From Ruditapes philippinarum (taxonomy: Eukaryota), in contig NW_026854201.1 of NCBI RefSeq assembly GCF_026571515.1, forward strand, positions 1 through 64,000: DNA of 64,000 bases. Reading direction: 5' to 3'. The translations under genes and the position numbers were made by a program. Below the pieces are notes generated by a model, which made no database searches, had not been told where the DNA came from, and worked only from the letters and a program-made list of their open reading frames with translations. Shown piece after piece: positions 60,594 through 64,000 of the stretch (position 1 is the first letter of the stretch; every line of letters starts with the position of its first letter).

Positions 60594-62505
60594 AAACAAA
60601 CTGACTCCTTATGGTGTTTGGCCCGCTCGACTCCTGTGATAGCTGATCATTTTACAGAAACAGATTGCTCTTTTAAGTGTAGAGAAATGTATTAGTATTA
60701 TGCATGTACTTGAAAGGTATTCTCTCTTTTATATAAATACTAATAAATACTTAAGTATACTCCGTTTGATATAATTATATTACTTTAATAAGGGTCTTTG
60801 AATTGGTCGGTGAGATCTTGACCTTGATGTAAGAAAGGAAAGACTTGTGTTCTACGACTATAGTGTTCTTTACATTCTTCATGTCCTCACTGCCTAGACT
60901 AGCGTTCTGCACGTCCTCACTGCCTAGACTAGCGTTCTGCACGTCCTCACTGCCTAGACTAGCGGTCTTCACGTCCTCACTGCCTAGACTAGCGTTCTTC
61001 ACGTCCTCACTGCCCAGACTAGCGTTCTGCACGTCCTCACTGCCTAGACTAGCGTTCTGCACGTCCTCACTGCCCAGACTAGCGTTCTGCACGTCCTCAC
61101 TGCCCAGACTAGCGTTCTGCACGTCCTCACTGCCTAGACTAGCGTTCTGCACGTCCTCACTGCCCAGACTAGCGTTCTGCACGTCCTCACTGCCCAGACT
61201 AGCGTTCTGCACGTCCTCACTGCCCAGACTAGCGTTCTGCATGTCCTCACTGCCCAGACTAGCGTTCTTCACGTCCTCACTGCCTAGACTAGCGTTCTTC
61301 ATGTCCTCACTGCCCAGACTAGCGTTCTTCATGTCCTCACTGCCTAGACTAGCGTTCTTCATGTCCTCACTGCCCAGACTAGCGTTCTGCACGTCCTCAC
61401 TGCCTAGACTAGCGTTCTTCATGTCCTCACTGCCAGACTAGCGTTCTGCACGTCCTCACTGCCCAGACTAACGTTCTGCACGTCCTCACTGCCCAGACTA
61501 GCGTTCTGCACGTCCTCACTGCCCAGACTAGCGTTCTGCACGTCCTCACTGCCCAGACAAGCGTTCTGCACGTCCTCACTGCCCAGACTAGCGTTCTGCA
61601 CGTCCTCACTGCCTAGACTAGCGTTCTGCACGCCCTCACTGCCCAGACTAGCGTTCTGCACGTCCTCACTGCCCAGACTAGCGTTCTGCACGTCCTCACT
61701 GCCCAGACTAGCGTTCTGCACGTCCTCACTGTCCAGACTAGCGTTCTGCACGTCCTCACTGCCCAGACTAGCGTTCTGCACGTCCTCACTGCCCAGACTA
61801 GCGTTCTGCACGTCCTCACTGCCCAGACTAGCGTTCTGCACGTCCTCACTGCCCAGACTAGCGTTCTGCACGTCCTCACTGCCCAGACTAGCGTTCTGCA
61901 CGTCCTCACTGCCCAGACTAGCGTTCTGCACGTCCTCACTGCCTAGACTAGCGTTCTGCATGTCCTCACTGCCCAGACTAGCGTTCTGCACGTCCTCACT
62001 GCCTAGACTAGCGTTCTGCATGTCCTCACTGCCCAGACTAGCGTTCTGCACGTCCTCACTGCCCAGACTAGCGTTCTGCACGTCCTCACTGCCCAGACTA
62101 GCGTTCTGCACGTCGTCACTGCCCAGACTAGCGTTCTGCACGTCCTCACTGCCCAGACTAGCGTTCTGCACGTCGTCACTGCCCAGACTAGCGTTCTGCA
62201 CGTCCTCACTGCCCAGACTAGCGTTCTGCACGTCCTCACTGCCCAGACTAGCGTTCTGCATGTCCTCACTGCCCAGACTAGCGTTCTGCACGTCCTCACT
62301 GCCTAGACTAGCGTTCTGCATGTCCTCACTGCCTAGACTAGCGTTCTGCATGTCCTCACTGCCTAGACTAGCGTTCTGCACGTCCTCACACATAATTGTA
62401 AACATTTCTGCCAAGTATTCAAAAGATACGGGGCCAGACCAGATGTTGCTTACGGACGGACGAACTGGGGCAAAACACTACCGAGGGACACAAAATCCAT
62501 AGCAA
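60594..62505 (+). mobile_element. HINE-like element hosting the 30-bp minisatellite
   Basis: AACAAACTGACTCC..GCTCGACT start, GATCTTGACCTTGA core motif (~60813), AACATTTCTGCCAAGTA just after the array, ACGGACGGACG near the 3' end. Confidence 0.55.
60876..62388. repeat. 30-bp minisatellite, ~50 highly homogeneous copies
   Basis: Unit ACGTCCTCACTGCC(C/T)AGACTAGCGTTCTGC; one 1-bp deletion at ~61433; no spacers. Confidence 0.97.
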
Positions 62506-62867
62506 AATTATATGAAAATTGTTCTTTAAAAAGCGTTTTATAGACTCCTTTATTCCATCACACTATATTGTCTGCATACCTTAAACAGCGGACAAAGGCG
62601 TGTTCTTTTTGCGCTTATTATAGGCGGATTCCATTGGCAGTCATTTCAGTAAATGAGAACAATCGAAGGCCATGATCAGATAAATCGCTCATACCACTGT
62701 CTTTTCATTAAATCATGTTTTTAATGTTGGTCGTATGTATGAACCAATCGTCAAAGTTTGAACTGTATAAACAATAGATCAGTGTAATATTTTTGCATTC
62801 TGTTATTCGTTTTTATATATCACAAAAATATATTTCAAAACATATTGTAGAGAAATGCATATATCTA

Positions 62868-63433
62868 TCAAAGGCCTAGTTTAGCCATTGCAAGTTTTGC
62901 GACTGTACGTCTGTCTATTTTTCCAGTCGATGTTAAAGGTAAATTTTCGAGCACCATATGATACTGAGGCTTGTTGCTTACACCGATCACTGAAGCGTGT
63001 TCACTAAATTCATCATCGCAAAACTTTTGAATATCGACATCCATTATCACGTGATCGACCTTTGGAACAACGCATGCGCACACTACTTGTCCGAGACGCT
63101 GATCGGGAACACCTACGGCAATGACATGCGCAGCATTGGGCATGTTCTTCAATACGTTTTCGATACTCCACGGAAAGAAATCATAGCCGCCTGACGATAT
63201 CACTTCTTTCAACCGCCCTTCTACAATGAAATTTCCATCCTTTCGCATGTGGCCGAAATCTGAAGTGTGAAACCAGCCTTGGTTATCAACCACTGCCGTA
63301 AACATATCCGGCATTTTATGGTATCCGTCAAAACGCCACGTAATGCGTGTACATATTTCACCACTTTGACCGGCAGGTAACGTGTTACCTAAAGAATCAA
63401 TGATCTTCATTTCAACTCCATGAAGGGGTTTCC
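62868..63433 (-). CDS. Acyl-CoA synthetase paralog, last coding exon (566 bp)
   Basis: TTTCAG acceptor at 63434-63435; GKPLHG..GEICTR..WFHTSD..GRLKEVI..TGKIDRR..KLGL*; same exon length and phase as 58267-58832. Confidence 0.92.
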
Positions 63434-63699
63434 CTGAAAAAATATAAACGACTGTCATATCAGAAAAAAATAATTGTTTAGATAAAAGGCATGTATCTAA
63501 TTCAGAAATAAAAACAAACATGTGCAGTTCTTACCAGTAACATGTGTGTTTCTTAGATGGACGAAGTCATGACAACACATGTTTACCGTTTCGCTGGACA
63601 GCGTCATAAATATACTTGTATATTACATAAATATTAAGGAGAAATTTGAAATATATGCTGAACATGAATTTATCGAGGTATAAGTGTGAAATATTATAC

Positions 63700-64000
63700 C
63701 TATTATGCCATCTTCATATTCGTTAATGTCGTTTGATACAAAAAGAGAAACACCACCGGCTTCCGTCGTCCCGTAGAATGAACAAATCCGCATGCTAAAC
63801 AAACTTTTCAGTCCTGCAATATTCTGTTTGGAAAGTCTTTCTCCTCCCCAAATCTGTGTTGTAACTGATTGGAATTTATGTTTCAAATAAAGTCTAGATT
63901 TAAGGTCAGCTGTTAAATACCCAGGTAGGAATATGACATCACAATTCTCCCTTTCGATGACATCACAAAGGAATTCAACATGGTTACCGGAAACGGAAAT
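63700..64000 (-). CDS. Acyl-CoA synthetase paralog, 3' part of the large coding exon (runs off the window)
   Basis: Open frame ISVSGNHVEFLCDVIERENCDVIFLPGY..GGE..FYGTTEAGG..EDGIIG with donor GTATAA at 63699. Confidence 0.9.

Noticed and set aside
60775-62502. Long ORFs of 10-aa repeats (EDVQNASLGS / TSSLPRLAFC) as a repeat protein
   Set aside because: They are a by-product of a 30-bp stop-free unit, open on both strands, broken by a 1-bp deletion, lack unique domains or splice context, and lie inside a transposon.

Overview
AT-rich eukaryotic genomic DNA with GT-AG introns and a repeat landscape typical of a bivalve mollusc (taxon is inferred, not proven). Genes: (1) two intronless, 407-aa ZIP/SLC39 subfamily-II zinc transporters facing each other tail-to-tail in a ~5.5-6 kb inverted duplication (19887-21110 + and 29234-30457 -); (2) a C2H2 zinc-finger gene with four coding exons on the minus strand (44867 to 38812), whose last exon crosses a garbled stretch; (3) an intact two-coding-exon AMP-binding acyl-CoA synthetase (55776-58832 +), a convergent paralog running off the right edge (62868 to >64000 -), and a 5'-truncated pseudogene of the same family (7365-9385 -). 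The rest is mostly non-autonomous transposons: Helentron/HINE-like elements with ~165-bp core repeats, three unrelated TAY..RTA elements with 6-bp TSDs (IS3EU-like, including a 1.75-kb fold-back element with phased 21-bp palindromic arrays), GAG..CTC palindromic MITEs, CAC..GTG elements with 8-bp TSDs, tRNA-derived SINEs and LINE debris. There is also a 3.03-kb tandem duplication whose breakpoint falls inside a transposon hairpin, and a ~50-copy 30-bp minisatellite grown inside a HINE-like element. I found no CRISPR array or prokaryotic system, and I cannot support a wholly new biological system. The most interesting signals are the hairpin-associated rearrangements around the duplicated ZIP genes, the IS3EU-like elements, and an internal exon duplication in the zinc-finger gene.
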